A stretch of DNA of 64,000 nt. It comes from Escherichia coli (GTDB lineage Bacteria; Pseudomonadota; Gammaproteobacteria; Enterobacterales; Enterobacteriaceae). The translations under genes were made by a program, and so were the position numbers. The stretch lies in assembly GCF_003334255.1 (NCBI RefSeq), contig NZ_QOWU01000024.1; one strand, written 5' to 3'. The first letter of the stretch is position 1; each line of letters starts with the position of its first letter. The notes beneath the pieces are model-generated. The model searched no databases and was not told where the DNA came from. It saw only the letters and a list, made by a program, of their open reading frames with translations. Below are positions 8,982 through 20,621 of this stretch, in pieces.

Positions 8982-10115
8982 ATGTCATCACTGAATATTA
9001 AACAGGGAAGTGACGCTCATTTTCCCGATTATCCTCTGGCGTCGCCCAGTAATAATGAAATTGATTTACTTAATCTAATCTCAGTTTTATGGCGGGCCAA
9101 AAAAACGGTCATGGCGGTCGTTTTTGCGTTTGCCTGCGCAGGCTTGCTGATCTCTTTCATCCTGCCGCAAAAATGGACCAGCGCGGCGGTTGTCACGCCT
9201 CCAGAACCTGTTCAGTGGCAAGAGTTGGAGAAATCATTCACTAAGCTTCGTGTGCTGGATCTGGATATCAAAATTGATCGTACAGAAGCATTTAACCTGT
9301 TTATCAAGAAGTTTCAGTCGGTTAGCTTGCTGGAAGAGTACCTGCGTTCATCACCTTATGTGATGGACCAATTAAAAGAGGCGAAAATCGACGAACTGGA
9401 TTTGCATCGCGCAATTGTCGCATTGAGCGAAAAAATGAAAGCGGTTGATGACAATGCCAGTAAGAAAAAAGATGAACCGTCACTGTATACCTCCTGGACG
9501 CTAAGTTTTACCGCGCCAACCAGTGAAGAGGCGCAGACCGTTTTGAGCGGGTATATCGATTATATCTCTACGTTGGTGGTGAAAGAGTCGCTAGAAAACG
9601 TCCGTAATAAACTGGAGATCAAAACCCAGTTTGAAAAAGAAAAACTGGCTCAGGATCGCATTAAAACGAAAAATCAACTTGATGCAAACATTCAGCGCCT
9701 CAATTATTCACTCGACATTGCCAACGCGGCAGGAATTAAAAAGCCCGTTTACAGTAATGGTCAGGCCGTTAAAGATGACCCCGATTTTTCTATTTCTCTC
9801 GGTGCAGACGGTATTGAACGCAAACTGGAAATAGAAAAAGCGGTCACTGACGTTGCGGAACTGAACGGTGAATTACGTAATCGGCAGTATCTTGTCGAGC
9901 AATTAACAAAAGCACATGTCAACGATGTGAATTTTACGCCGTTTAAATATCAGTTAAGCCCGTCATTGCCAGTGAAAAAAGACGGTCCGGGTAAGGCGAT
10001 TATTGTGATCCTTTCCGCGTTGATCGGCGGGATGGTGGCTTGTGGTGGCGTGCTGTTGCGCTATGCGATGGCATCCAGAAAACAGGATGCCATGATGGCA
10101 GACCACTTAGTTTAA
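8982..10115 (+). CDS. fepE: Wzz-like polysaccharide chain-length regulator
   Basis: 377 aa, recognised as FepE; N- and C-terminal hydrophobic segments flank a periplasmic coiled region. Confidence 0.9.
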   Translation: MSSLNIKQGSDAHFPDYPLASPSNNEIDLLNLISVLWRAKKTVMAVVFAFACAGLLISFILPQKWTSAAVVTPPEPVQWQELEKSFTKLRVLDLDIKIDRTEAFNLFIKKFQSVSLLEEYLRSSPYVMDQLKEAKIDELDLHRAIVALSEKMKAVDDNASKKKDEPSLYTSWTLSFTAPTSEEAQTVLSGYIDYISTLVVKESLENVRNKLEIKTQFEKEKLAQDRIKTKNQLDANIQRLNYSLDIANAAGIKKPVYSNGQAVKDDPDFSISLGADGIERKLEIEKAVTDVAELNGELRNRQYLVEQLTKAHVNDVNFTPFKYQLSPSLPVKKDGPGKAIIVILSALIGGMVACGGVLLRYAMASRKQDAMMADHLV

Positions 10116-10927
10116 CTATTTGCGGTTGAAGGTGCCGTTCGTCCGAGCGGCACCACAAGCGGCGTTCCGGCAACTGGATCGTCAATGATCATGCAGCGCA
10201 GACCATAAATGCGCTCAATCAGTTCAGCAGTGACAATCTCCTTCGGCGCTCCCTGAGCAACAATTTTCCCTTCCCGCAATGCAATCAAATGGCTGGCGTA
10301 ACGACAGGCCTGATTAAGATCGTGCAGCACCGCCGCCAGGGTATAGCCTTTTTCGCGGTTCAGTTCGCTTAACAACTCCAGCAAATCAATCTGATGACTG
10401 ATATCCAGCCAGGTCGTGGGTTCGTCGAGCAGCATAATTGCCGTTTCCTGGGCCAGCACCATCGCGATCCACGCTCGCTGGCGTTGTCCGCCAGAAAGGG
10501 TATCCACGCTTTGATCTGCCAGATGAGTTATTCCCGTGGCCTGCATTGCTTTCGTTACCGCTTCTTCATCCTCTTTGCGCCAGCGGGTAAACAGCGGTTG
10601 ATGCGGATAACGTCCACGCGCCACCAGCTCCTGCACGGTGATATCGCCCGGCGTGGTAGCATTTTGCGCCAACAGACCAATCCGGCGTGCAACCTCTTTA
10701 CTGGCGTAATGTTGAATGTGCTCGCCATCCAGCCAGACATGCCCATGAGCAGGCGTCATCAGGCGGCTTAAGGTACGCAGTAACGTGGATTTACCGCAGC
10801 CATTTGGCCCGATAATTGCCGTGAAGTGACCATCAGGTATTTCTACAGTCAGATTTTCCGCAACGGTATATTTGCCATATCCCAGGGTTAACTGTTCGCC
10901 GCGCAAACGGGCTACTGATTCGGTCAT
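10112..10927 (-). CDS. fepC: Ferric enterobactin ABC transporter ATP-binding protein
   Basis: Translation from MTESVARLRGEQLTLGYG... (271 aa); Walker A GPNGCGKST, ABC signature LSGGQRQR, Walker B MLLDEP. Track ORF extended upstream into fepG. Confidence 0.95.
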   Translation of the reverse strand: MTESVARLRGEQLTLGYGKYTVAENLTVEIPDGHFTAIIGPNGCGKSTLLRTLSRLMTPAHGHVWLDGEHIQHYASKEVARRIGLLAQNATTPGDITVQELVARGRYPHQPLFTRWRKEDEEAVTKAMQATGITHLADQSVDTLSGGQRQRAWIAMVLAQETAIMLLDEPTTWLDISHQIDLLELLSELNREKGYTLAAVLHDLNQACRYASHLIALREGKIVAQGAPKEIVTAELIERIYGLRCMIIDDPVAGTPLVVPLGRTAPSTANS

Positions 10928-11916
10928 TTTTTGCGAGACTCCTGAATTAACAAGACGATAAGGTAAATACCGCCGAGGCTGACGGTAACGACGCCAACCG
11001 GAAGTTGATACGGCATAAACAGTTGTTGGGCGCAGAGATCGGCCGCCAGCAGTAACAGCGCCCCGCATAGCGCCGCCTGGGTTAGCCCCCAGCGAGCGGT
11101 GCCGCTAATGCGTCGGGCAATGTGCGGTGCGACTAAAGCAATAAAGGAAATCGGCCCGGCAAGCGCTGTTGCCGCAGCGGTAAGCACCACTGCAACCAGC
11201 ATCATTAACAGACGCGAACGTTCGACGCTGACGCCCAGCGCACACGCGGTATCATCGCCCATTTCCAGCAAGCGCATCCGGCGTACCAGTAAGGCGGCGG
11301 CAATGAGCATCAATATAATGATGGGTGCGGAAGGCGAGGTTTTTGCCCACGTCAGGCCGTTGAGCGATCCGGCATTCCACAAACCTGCTGTTAGCGCCGT
11401 TTCTAAAGACGCTTTCAGCAACAGCCAGGTATTAAAGGCCACCAGCATGGCGCGAACGCCGATACCGATAATAATCAACCGAAAGGTGTCGATGCCGTTG
11501 CGCCAGGCGAGCAGCCAGACCAGCAGCGAAGTGACAATGCCGCCCACCATTGCTGACAGCGCGATAGCCGTCAGGTCCTGACCAAACAGCACCATCGCCA
11601 CCAGCACGCCGCTCCACGCCCCGGTGTTAAAGCCCATTACGTCAGGGCTGCCGAGCGGGTTACGCATCAGCGACTGAAAAATCGCGCCACTGACGCCCAG
11701 TGCTGCGCCAATCAACAGCGCCATCAGCACGCGTGGTAAACGCCATTCGGTGACCACCATCGTCATACTGCGCGGCGCATCGCCCATCAGCGCGGCGAAT
11801 ACCTGCGAGGTTTCCAGCGTGACGGCACCGCTGCGTAATCCCCAGATACCTGCAACCACACAGGCGGAAACCAGCAGCAAACAGGTGATGAGTAATCGGC
11901 GAGAGACGTAAATCAT
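10924..11916 (-). CDS. fepG: Ferric enterobactin ABC transporter permease
   Basis: 330 aa polytopic membrane protein recognised as FepG; 4-nt overlap (ATGA) with fepC start. Confidence 0.93.
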   Translation of the reverse strand: MIYVSRRLLITCLLLVSACVVAGIWGLRSGAVTLETSQVFAALMGDAPRSMTMVVTEWRLPRVLMALLIGAALGVSGAIFQSLMRNPLGSPDVMGFNTGAWSGVLVAMVLFGQDLTAIALSAMVGGIVTSLLVWLLAWRNGIDTFRLIIIGIGVRAMLVAFNTWLLLKASLETALTAGLWNAGSLNGLTWAKTSPSAPIIILMLIAAALLVRRMRLLEMGDDTACALGVSVERSRLLMMLVAVVLTAAATALAGPISFIALVAPHIARRISGTARWGLTQAALCGALLLLAADLCAQQLFMPYQLPVGVVTVSLGGIYLIVLLIQESRKK

Positions 11917-12917
11917 GCACCACCTCGCGTTTTACGTCGCACGAGGAAGATCAGCACCGGTGCACCAATAAACGCACTGACCACAGAAACGCGCAGTTCG
12001 CCGGGCACAATCACCCGCCCGATGATATCGGCAAACAGCAGCAGGGCAGGGGTAGCAAGTAGCGTGACGGGCAGCGACCAGCGATGATCGGCACCCACCA
12101 GCCAACGCGCCATATGCGGCATCATCAGGCCAATAAAGGCAATCGGGCCAACTATTGCCGTCGCACTACCACAAAGCACGGTAATCGCCAGCAGACCAAT
12201 CAACTGTGTGCGCGCCACGCGACTGCCCAGCGCCGTCGCGGTGTCGCTGCCGAGGCTCAAACTGTTCAGCGCGCGACTCAGTAATAGCGCAGTTGCTCCG
12301 GCGATCAGCACCGGGATCAGCACCACTTTTAAGGTATGTAGATTGCGAATATCCAGCGAACCGGCTTGCCAGAAACGCAACTGATCGTAGACGTCAGGAT
12401 TAAGCAGGGCGATGCCGCTGGTCAGTCCTTCCAGCACCGCCGCCAGCGCCACGCCCGCCAGGGTTAAACGCACCGGACTTAACTGCCCGCCGCCCTGACT
12501 GCCGGTAAAGGCAACAATCAATGAGGCCACCAGCGCCCCGGCGAAGGCCATCGCCAGTTGTTCCTGCGCGGAAGAGTAACCAAACAGCGCCGCACCCAGC
12601 ACAATGGCAAAGCTGGCTCCGGCGTTCACGCCAAGCAAGCCGGGGTCGGCAAGTGGGTTTCGGGTGAGGGTTTGCATTAACGCCCCGGCAAGGCCAAGCG
12701 CGCCGCCTGCCAGTAAACCGGCAAGGGTACGCGGCAGCCGCGCGTCGAGCACGATGGTGCAGTCGGCGCTCTGGCAGGTGCCGGAGAAGGCCTCCAGCAC
12801 TACGGAAGCGGGGAGTGATTTTGCCCCAATGAGCAGGCTTAATGCCGTCGCGATAATCAGTAATAACAGCAATCCGGGCACGGCAATGGCGCGTGTCACG
12901 GCAACAGAACCAGACAT
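11913..12917 (-). CDS. fepD: Ferric enterobactin ABC transporter permease
   Basis: Recognised as FepD (MSGSVAVTRAIAVPGLLLLL...); track ORF starts 4 codons upstream at 12929, true start uncertain by a few codons. Confidence 0.92.
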   Translation of the reverse strand: MSGSVAVTRAIAVPGLLLLLIIATALSLLIGAKSLPASVVLEAFSGTCQSADCTIVLDARLPRTLAGLLAGGALGLAGALMQTLTRNPLADPGLLGVNAGASFAIVLGAALFGYSSAQEQLAMAFAGALVASLIVAFTGSQGGGQLSPVRLTLAGVALAAVLEGLTSGIALLNPDVYDQLRFWQAGSLDIRNLHTLKVVLIPVLIAGATALLLSRALNSLSLGSDTATALGSRVARTQLIGLLAITVLCGSATAIVGPIAFIGLMMPHMARWLVGADHRWSLPVTLLATPALLLFADIIGRVIVPGELRVSVVSAFIGAPVLIFLVRRKTRGGA

Positions 12918-12928
12918 ACGAACTTCCA

Positions 12929-12955
12929 TGATAATGAAATTAATTATCGTTATCG
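12929..12955. promoter_or_regulatory. Fur box in the divergent fepDGC / entS promoter region
   Basis: tgataatgaaattaattatcgttatcg: tandem GATAAT / ATTATC hexamers typical of Fur sites. Confidence 0.65.
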
Positions 12956-13027
12956 ATCTTATTTGGATATGTTAGCATGTGCAGCCTAAGAATAGGTATT
13001 TAAAATATTTGATGGCAAGGCATTGTA

Positions 13028-14278
13028 ATGAATAAACAATCCTGGCTGCTTAACCTCAGCCTGTTGAAAACGCACCCGGCGTTTCGCGCAGTATTCCTCG
13101 CTCGTTTCATCTCAATTGTGTCTCTGGGTTTGCTCGGCGTCGCGGTGCCGGTGCAGATCCAGATGATGACACATTCCACCTGGCAGGTGGGGCTTTCGGT
13201 GACGCTGACCGGCGGCGCGATGTTTGTTGGCCTGATGGTCGGCGGTGTGCTGGCGGATCGCTATGAGCGCAAAAAAGTGATTTTGCTGGCGCGCGGCACC
13301 TGTGGCATTGGCTTCATTGGACTGTGCCTTAATGCACTGCTGCCGGAGCCGTCATTGCTGGCAATCTATTTACTTGGTTTATGGGATGGTTTTTTCGCAT
13401 CGCTTGGCGTTACGGCGCTATTGGCGGCGACACCAGCACTGGTAGGGCGTGAAAACTTAATGCAGGCCGGGGCGATCACCATGTTGACCGTGCGTCTGGG
13501 GTCGGTGATTTCGCCCATGATTGGCGGTTTATTGCTGGCGACCGGTGGCGTAGCCTGGAACTACGGGCTGGCGGCGGCGGGCACGTTTATTACCTTGCTA
13601 CCGTTGTTAAGCCTTCCGGCGTTGCCACCGCCACCGCAGCCGCGTGAGCATCCGTTGAAATCATTACTGGCAGGATTTCGTTTTCTGCTTGCCAGCCCGC
13701 TGGTGGGCGGGATTGCGCTGCTGGGTGGTTTATTGACGATGGCGAGCGCGGTGCGGGTACTGTATCCGGCGCTGGCTGACAACTGGCAGATGTCAGCGGC
13801 ACAGATTGGTTTTCTCTACGCGGCGATCCCGCTCGGCGCGGCTATTGGTGCGTTAACCAGCGGGAAGCTGGCACATAGTGCGCGACCAGGGTTATTGATG
13901 CTGCTCTCCACGCTGGGATCGTTCCTCGCCATTGGTCTGTTTGGCCTGATGCCGATGTGGATTTTAGGCGTGGTTTGTCTGGCGCTGTTCGGCTGGTTGA
14001 GTGCGGTCAGCTCGTTGCTGCAATACACAATGCTGCAAACGCAAACCCCGGAAGCGATGTTAGGGCGGATTAACGGTTTGTGGACGGCGCAGAACGTGAC
14101 GGGCGATGCCATAGGCGCGGCGCTGCTGGGTGGTTTGGGCGCGATGATGACACCGGTTGCTTCCGCAAGCGCGAGCGGTTTTGGTTTGTTGATTATCGGC
14201 GTGTTGTTATTGCTGGTGCTGGTGGAGTTGCGACATTTTCGCCAGACGCCGCCGCAGGTGACAGCGTCCGACAGTTAA
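13028..14278 (+). CDS. entS: MFS enterobactin exporter
   Basis: 416 aa, about 12 predicted TM segments, recognised as EntS (YbdA). Confidence 0.93.
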   Translation: MNKQSWLLNLSLLKTHPAFRAVFLARFISIVSLGLLGVAVPVQIQMMTHSTWQVGLSVTLTGGAMFVGLMVGGVLADRYERKKVILLARGTCGIGFIGLCLNALLPEPSLLAIYLLGLWDGFFASLGVTALLAATPALVGRENLMQAGAITMLTVRLGSVISPMIGGLLLATGGVAWNYGLAAAGTFITLLPLLSLPALPPPPQPREHPLKSLLAGFRFLLASPLVGGIALLGGLLTMASAVRVLYPALADNWQMSAAQIGFLYAAIPLGAAIGALTSGKLAHSARPGLLMLLSTLGSFLAIGLFGLMPMWILGVVCLALFGWLSAVSSLLQYTMLQTQTPEAMLGRINGLWTAQNVTGDAIGAALLGGLGAMMTPVASASASGFGLLIIGVLLLLVLVELRHFRQTPPQVTASDS

Positions 14279-14281
14279 TGC

Positions 14282-15238
14282 TTAAAACAGCGCCTTAAGC
14301 CTATCCAGCACTTGCATGGCGCTGTAGTAATCCAGACGGAACGTCTCGGTTCCCAGCGCATAAACCTGCTTGTTTTGTACTGCAGGCAGGTGCGCGAGCA
14401 GCGGATTAGCATAAATAGCATCGGCATCTTTCTGATCACCGGCGAACAGGAATAGTGACTCGCCATTTAACCCTGCAGCCAGATTTTCCCCACCAAGCTG
14501 AATGATGTCATGGCGTTTACCCTGACTTTGGCTGGCATTTAACCCTGCGGGTAACTTCGCCAGCGTAAAGCCGAGTTGTTCCAGCATCTGCCCTTGTGCT
14601 GATTCTGGCGTCCAGAGATTGGCACTGTGTGCAGCGGCAGTATAGACAATGGCAGTGACCGGCTGCGGCGGTAATTTGATTTGCTCTTTCGCCGCCGCCA
14701 GTTGCTTATCAAACTGCGCAATCCGCTCTGCCGCTTGTTTCTCATGCCCGGTAATTTCGCCAAGTTGCGTTAACAGCGACTGCCAGCTTTTGTCGTCGTA
14801 ATTGATGATTAATGTCGGGGCGATGGTGGAAAGCTGATCATACAGTGCCAGCGCCGAATCCCCGCCGGTTGCGCTAATTAAAATCAGATCCGGCATTTGC
14901 GCGGCAACGGCTTCGGCGCTCGGTTCGCCGATATAGAGCCGTTGCAGTTTGCGTTCTTTCGCCACCTTGCTCCACTGGCGTAAAAAGCCCTGGTCATCCG
15001 CGACGCGGTTATTCGGCGTGGTCGCGCCGCTGGCGATCACCGGAGCATCAATCGCCAGCAGTGAGCCGGTCAGGGTGACGCTGGTGGAAACAATACGCTG
15101 CGGCTGGCTTTCCAGTGTATGTGTGCCACGGCTGTCAGTAATCTGACGCGGCCAGTCAGCGGCCTGAACTGCGGCTATTCCTGAAAGCAAAAGTCCTGTT
15201 AATAGAAGGGCGTTGCGGTAGAGCGGGGCGAGTCTCAC
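14282..15238 (-). CDS. fepB: Periplasmic ferric enterobactin-binding protein
   Basis: 318 aa, GTG start, signal peptide [26 protein letters not shown]; recognised as FepB. Confidence 0.93.
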
Positions 15239-15304
15239 AAATCAGCTTCCTGTTATTAATAAGGTTAAGGGCGTAATGACAAATTCGACAAAGCGCACAA
15301 TCCG

Positions 15305-15412
15305 TCCCCTCGCCCCTTTGGGGAGAGGGTTAGGGTGAGGGGAACAGCCAGCACTGGTGCGAACATTAACCCTCACCCCAGCCCTCACCCTGGAAGGGAG
15401 AGGGGGCAGAAC
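15305..15412. repeat. GC-rich palindromic repeat units (boxC/RIP-like) within the fepB 5' leader region
   Basis: cccctcgcccctttggggagaggg ... ttagggtgagggg ... aaccctcacccc ... gggagaggggg: nested inverted repeats of CCCTC/GAGGG-type motifs; a related unit recurs at 22770-22825. Confidence 0.5.
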
Positions 15413-15444
15413 GGCGCAGGACATCACATTGCGCTTATGCGAAT

Positions 15445-15470
15445 CCATCAATAATGCTTCTCATTTTCAT
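15445..15470. promoter_or_regulatory. Fur-box-like site (fepB side)
   Basis: catcaataatgcttctcattttcatt; partial match to Fur consensus. Confidence 0.4.
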
Positions 15471-15564
15471 TGTAACCACAACCAGATGCAACCCCGAGTT
15501 GCAGATTGCGTTACCTCAAGAGTTGACATAGTGCGCGTTTGCTTTTAGGTTAGCGACCGAAAAT

Positions 15565-15585
15565 ATAAATGATAATCATTATTAA
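15565..15585. promoter_or_regulatory. Fur box upstream of entCEBAH
   Basis: aaatgataatcattattaaag: near-perfect match to GATAATGATAATCATTATC. Confidence 0.75.
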
Positions 15586-15612
15586 AGCCTTTATCATTTT
15601 GTGGAGGATGAT

Positions 15613-16788
15613 ATGGATACGTCACTGGCTGAGGAAGTACAGCAGACCATGGCAACACTTGCGCCCAATCGCTTTTTCTTTATGTCGCCGTACCGCAGTT
15701 TTACGACGTCAGGATGTTTCGCCCGCTTCGATGAACCGGCTGTGAACGGGGATTCGCCCGACAGTCCCTTCCAGCAAAAACTCGCCGCGCTGTTTGCCGA
15801 TGCCAAAGCGCAGGGCATCAAAAATCCGGTGATGGTCGGGGCGATTCCCTTCGATCCACGTCAGCCTTCGTCGCTGTATATTCCTGAATCCTGGCAGTCG
15901 TTCTCCCGTCAGGAAAAACAAGCTTCCGCACGCCGTTTCACCCGCAGCCAGTCGCTGAATGTGGTGGAACGCCAGGCAATTCCGGAGCAAACCACGTTTG
16001 AACAGATGGTTGCCCGCGCCGCCGCACTTACCGCCACGCCGCAGGTCGACAAAGTGGTGTTGTCACGGTTGATTGATATCACCACTGACGCCGCCATTGA
16101 TAGTGGCGTATTGCTGGAACGGTTGATTGCGCAAAACCCGGTTAGTTACAACTTCCATGTTCCGCTGGCTGATGGTGGCGTCCTGCTGGGGGCCAGCCCG
16201 GAACTGCTGCTACGTAAAGACGGCGAGCGTTTTAGCTCCATTCCGTTAGCCGGTTCCGCGCGTCGTCAGCCGGATGAAGTGCTCGATCGCGAAGCAGGTA
16301 ATCGTCTGCTGGCGTCAGAAAAAGATCGCCATGAACATGAACTGGTGACTCAGGCGATGAAAGAGGTACTGCGCGAACGCAGTAGTGAGTTACACGTTCC
16401 TTCTTCTCCACAGCTGATCACCACGCCGACGCTGTGGCATCTCGCAACTCCCTTTGAAGGTAAAGCGAATTCGCAAGAAAACGCACTGACTCTGGCCTGT
16501 CTGCTGCATCCGACCCCCGCGCTGAGCGGTTTCCCGCATCAGGCCGCGACCCAGGTTATTGCTGAACTGGAACCGTTCGACCGCGAACTGTTTGGCGGCA
16601 TTGTGGGTTGGTGTGACAGCGAAGGTAACGGCGAATGGGTGGTGACCATCCGCTGCGCGAAGCTGCGGGAAAATCAGGTGCGTCTGTTTGCCGGAGCGGG
16701 GATTGTGCCTGCGTCGTCACCGTTGGGTGAGTGGCGCGAAACAGGCGTCAAACTTTCTACCATGTTGAACGTTTTTGGATTGCATTAA
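15613..16788 (+). CDS. entC: Isochorismate synthase
   Basis: Translation from [23 protein letters not shown]... (391 aa) recognised as EntC. Confidence 0.95.
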
Positions 16789-16797
16789 GGAGCGAGG

Positions 16798-18408
16798 ATG
16801 AGCATTCCATTCACCCGCTGGCCGGAAGAGTTTGCCCGTCGCTATCGGGAAAAAGGCTACTGGCAGGATTTGCCGCTGACCGACATTCTGACGCGACATG
16901 CTGCGAGTGACAGCATCGCGGTTATCGACGGCGAGCGACAGTTGAGTTATCGGGAGCTGAATCAGGCGGCGGATAACCTCGCGTGTAGTTTACGCCGTCA
17001 GGGCATTAAACCTGGTGAAACCGCGCTGGTACAACTGGGTAACGTCGCTGAATTGTATATTACCTTTTTCGCGCTGCTGAAACTGGGCGTTGCGCCGGTG
17101 CTGGCGTTGTTCAGCCATCAGCGTAGTGAACTGAACGCCTATGCCAGCCAGATTGAACCCGCATTGCTGATTGCCGATCGCCAACATGCGCTGTTTAGCG
17201 GGGATGATTTCCTCAATACTTTCGTCACAGAACATTCCTCCATTCGCGTGGTGCAACTGCTCAACGACAGCGGTGAGCATAACTTGCAGGATGCGATTAA
17301 CCATCCGGCTGAGGATTTTACTGCCACGCCATCACCTGCTGATGAAGTGGCCTATTTCCAGCTTTCCGGTGGCACCACCGGCACACCGAAACTGATCCCG
17401 CGCACTCATAACGACTACTACTACAGCGTGCGTCGTAGCGTCGAGATTTGTCAGTTCACACAACAGACACGCTACCTGTGCGCGATCCCGGCGGCTCATA
17501 ACTACGCCATGAGTTCGCCAGGATCGCTGGGCGTCTTTCTTGCCGGAGGAACGGTTGTTCTGGCGGCCGATCCCAGCGCCACGCTCTGTTTCCCATTGAT
17601 TGAAAAACATCAGGTTAACGTTACCGCGCTGGTGCCACCCGCAGTCAGCCTGTGGTTGCAGGCGCTGATCGAAGGCGAAAGCCGGGCGCAGCTTGCCTCG
17701 CTGAAACTGTTACAGGTCGGCGGCGCACGTCTTTCTGCCACCCTTGCGGCGCGTATTCCCGCTGAGATTGGCTGTCAGTTGCAGCAGGTGTTTGGCATGG
17801 CGGAAGGGCTGGTGAACTACACCCGACTTGATGATAGCGCGGAGAAAATTATCCATACCCAGGGTTACCCAATGTGTCCGGATGACGAAGTATGGGTTGC
17901 CGATGCCGAAGGAAATCCACTGCCGCAAGGGGAAGTCGGACGCCTGATGACGCGCGGGCCGTACACCTTCCGCGGCTATTACAAAAGTCCACAGCACAAT
18001 GCCAGCGCCTTTGATGCCAACGGTTTTTACTGTTCCGGCGATCTGATCTCTATTGATCCAGAGGGTTACATCACCGTGCAGGGGCGCGAGAAAGATCAGA
18101 TTAACCGTGGCGGCGAGAAGATCGCTGCCGAAGAGATCGAAAACCTGCTGCTGCGCCACCCGGCGGTGATCTACGCCGCACTGGTGAGCATGGAAGATGA
18201 GCTGATGGGCGAAAAAAGCTGCGCTTATCTGGTGGTAAAAGAGCCGCTGCGCGCGGTGCAGGTGCGTCGTTTCCTGCGTGAACAGGGTATTGCCGAATTT
18301 AAATTACCGGATCGCGTGGAGTGTGTGGATTCACTTCCGCTGACGGCGGTCGGGAAAGTCGATAAAAAACAATTACGTCAGTGGCTGGCGTCACGCGCAT
18401 CAGCCTGA
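16798..18408 (+). CDS. entE: 2,3-dihydroxybenzoate-AMP ligase
   Basis: 536 aa; adenylate-forming motifs [13 protein letters not shown] and YCSGD; recognised as EntE. Confidence 0.95.
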   Translation: MSIPFTRWPEEFARRYREKGYWQDLPLTDILTRHAASDSIAVIDGERQLSYRELNQAADNLACSLRRQGIKPGETALVQLGNVAELYITFFALLKLGVAPVLALFSHQRSELNAYASQIEPALLIADRQHALFSGDDFLNTFVTEHSSIRVVQLLNDSGEHNLQDAINHPAEDFTATPSPADEVAYFQLSGGTTGTPKLIPRTHNDYYYSVRRSVEICQFTQQTRYLCAIPAAHNYAMSSPGSLGVFLAGGTVVLAADPSATLCFPLIEKHQVNVTALVPPAVSLWLQALIEGESRAQLASLKLLQVGGARLSATLAARIPAEIGCQLQQVFGMAEGLVNYTRLDDSAEKIIHTQGYPMCPDDEVWVADAEGNPLPQGEVGRLMTRGPYTFRGYYKSPQHNASAFDANGFYCSGDLISIDPEGYITVQGREKDQINRGGEKIAAEEIENLLLRHPAVIYAALVSMEDELMGEKSCAYLVVKEPLRAVQVRRFLREQGIAEFKLPDRVECVDSLPLTAVGKVDKKQLRQWLASRASA

Positions 18409-18421
18409 AGGAGAGAACACG

Positions 18422-19278
18422 ATGGCTATTCCAAAATTACAGGCTTACGCACTGCCGGAGTCTCACGATATTCCGCAGAATAAAGTTGACTGGGCCTTTG
18501 AACCGCAACGTGCCGCGTTGTTAATCCATGATATGCAGGACTATTTTGTCAGCTTCTGGGGCGAGAACTGCCCGATGATGGAGCAGGTGATCGCGAATAT
18601 TGCTGCGCTGCGCGACTACTGCAAACAGCACAATATCCCGGTTTATTACACCGCCCAGCCGAAAGAGCAGAGCGATGAAGATCGGGCGCTGTTGAATGAT
18701 ATGTGGGGGCCGGGCCTGACCCGCTCGCCGGAACAGCAAAAGGTGGTGGATCGCCTGACGCCAGATGCCGACGACACGGTGCTGGTGAAGTGGCGCTACA
18801 GCGCGTTTCATCGTTCTCCGCTGGAGCAAATGCTGAAAGAGAGTGGACGTAACCAGCTGATTATTACCGGGGTATATGCCCACATTGGCTGTATGACCAC
18901 CGCAACCGACGCATTTATGCGCGATATTAAACCGTTTATGGTGGCGGATGCGCTGGCCGATTTCAGCCGTGACGAGCATTTGATGTCGCTGAAATATGTG
19001 GCCGGACGTTCTGGCCGGGTGGTGATGACTGAAGAATTACTGCCAGCACCTATCCCCGCCAGCAAAGCGGCGCTGCGTGAGGTGATCCTGCCGTTGCTGG
19101 ACGAGTCCGATGAACCGTTCGATGACGACAACCTGATCGACTACGGTCTGGATTCGGTGCGCATGATGGCGCTGGCGGCGCGCTGGCGCAAAGTGCATGG
19201 TGATATCGACTTTGTCATGCTGGCGAAAAACCCGACCATCGACGCCTGGTGGAAGCTACTCTCCCGCGAGGTGAAATA

Positions 19279-19279
<1 letters not shown>
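18422..19279 (+). CDS. entB: Isochorismatase / aryl carrier protein
   Basis: 285 aa; N-terminal isochorismatase fold and C-terminal carrier domain (GLDSVRMMAL); recognised as EntB. Confidence 0.95.
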
Positions 19280-20441
<1,162 letters not shown>

Positions 20442-20483
20442 ACCCGACAGAATTAGATGAGATTGCAGGAAAACTCGGTTAAC

Positions 20484-20505
20484 GGAGTGATCGAGTTAAC
20501 ATTGT
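20484..20505. promoter_or_regulatory. Candidate CRP site in the cstA promoter
   Basis: gagtgatcgagttaacattg approximates TGTGA-N6-TCACA; cstA is known to be cAMP-CRP dependent. Exact site not verified. Confidence 0.4.
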
Positions 20506-20621
20506 TAAGTTAAATATTGGTTTCAACTCCGATTTACATGGTTGCTGTGTTGTTAAATTGTACAAAGATGTTATAGAAACAAAATGTAACATCTCTATGG
20601 ACACGCACACGGATAACAACT

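Noticed and set aside
15242-15451. 69-aa ORF on the minus strand upstream of fepB
   Set aside because: Spans the GC-rich palindromic repeat in the fepB leader; its translation (PLP/RVRAGVRVNVR...) reflects the repeat sequence rather than a protein.
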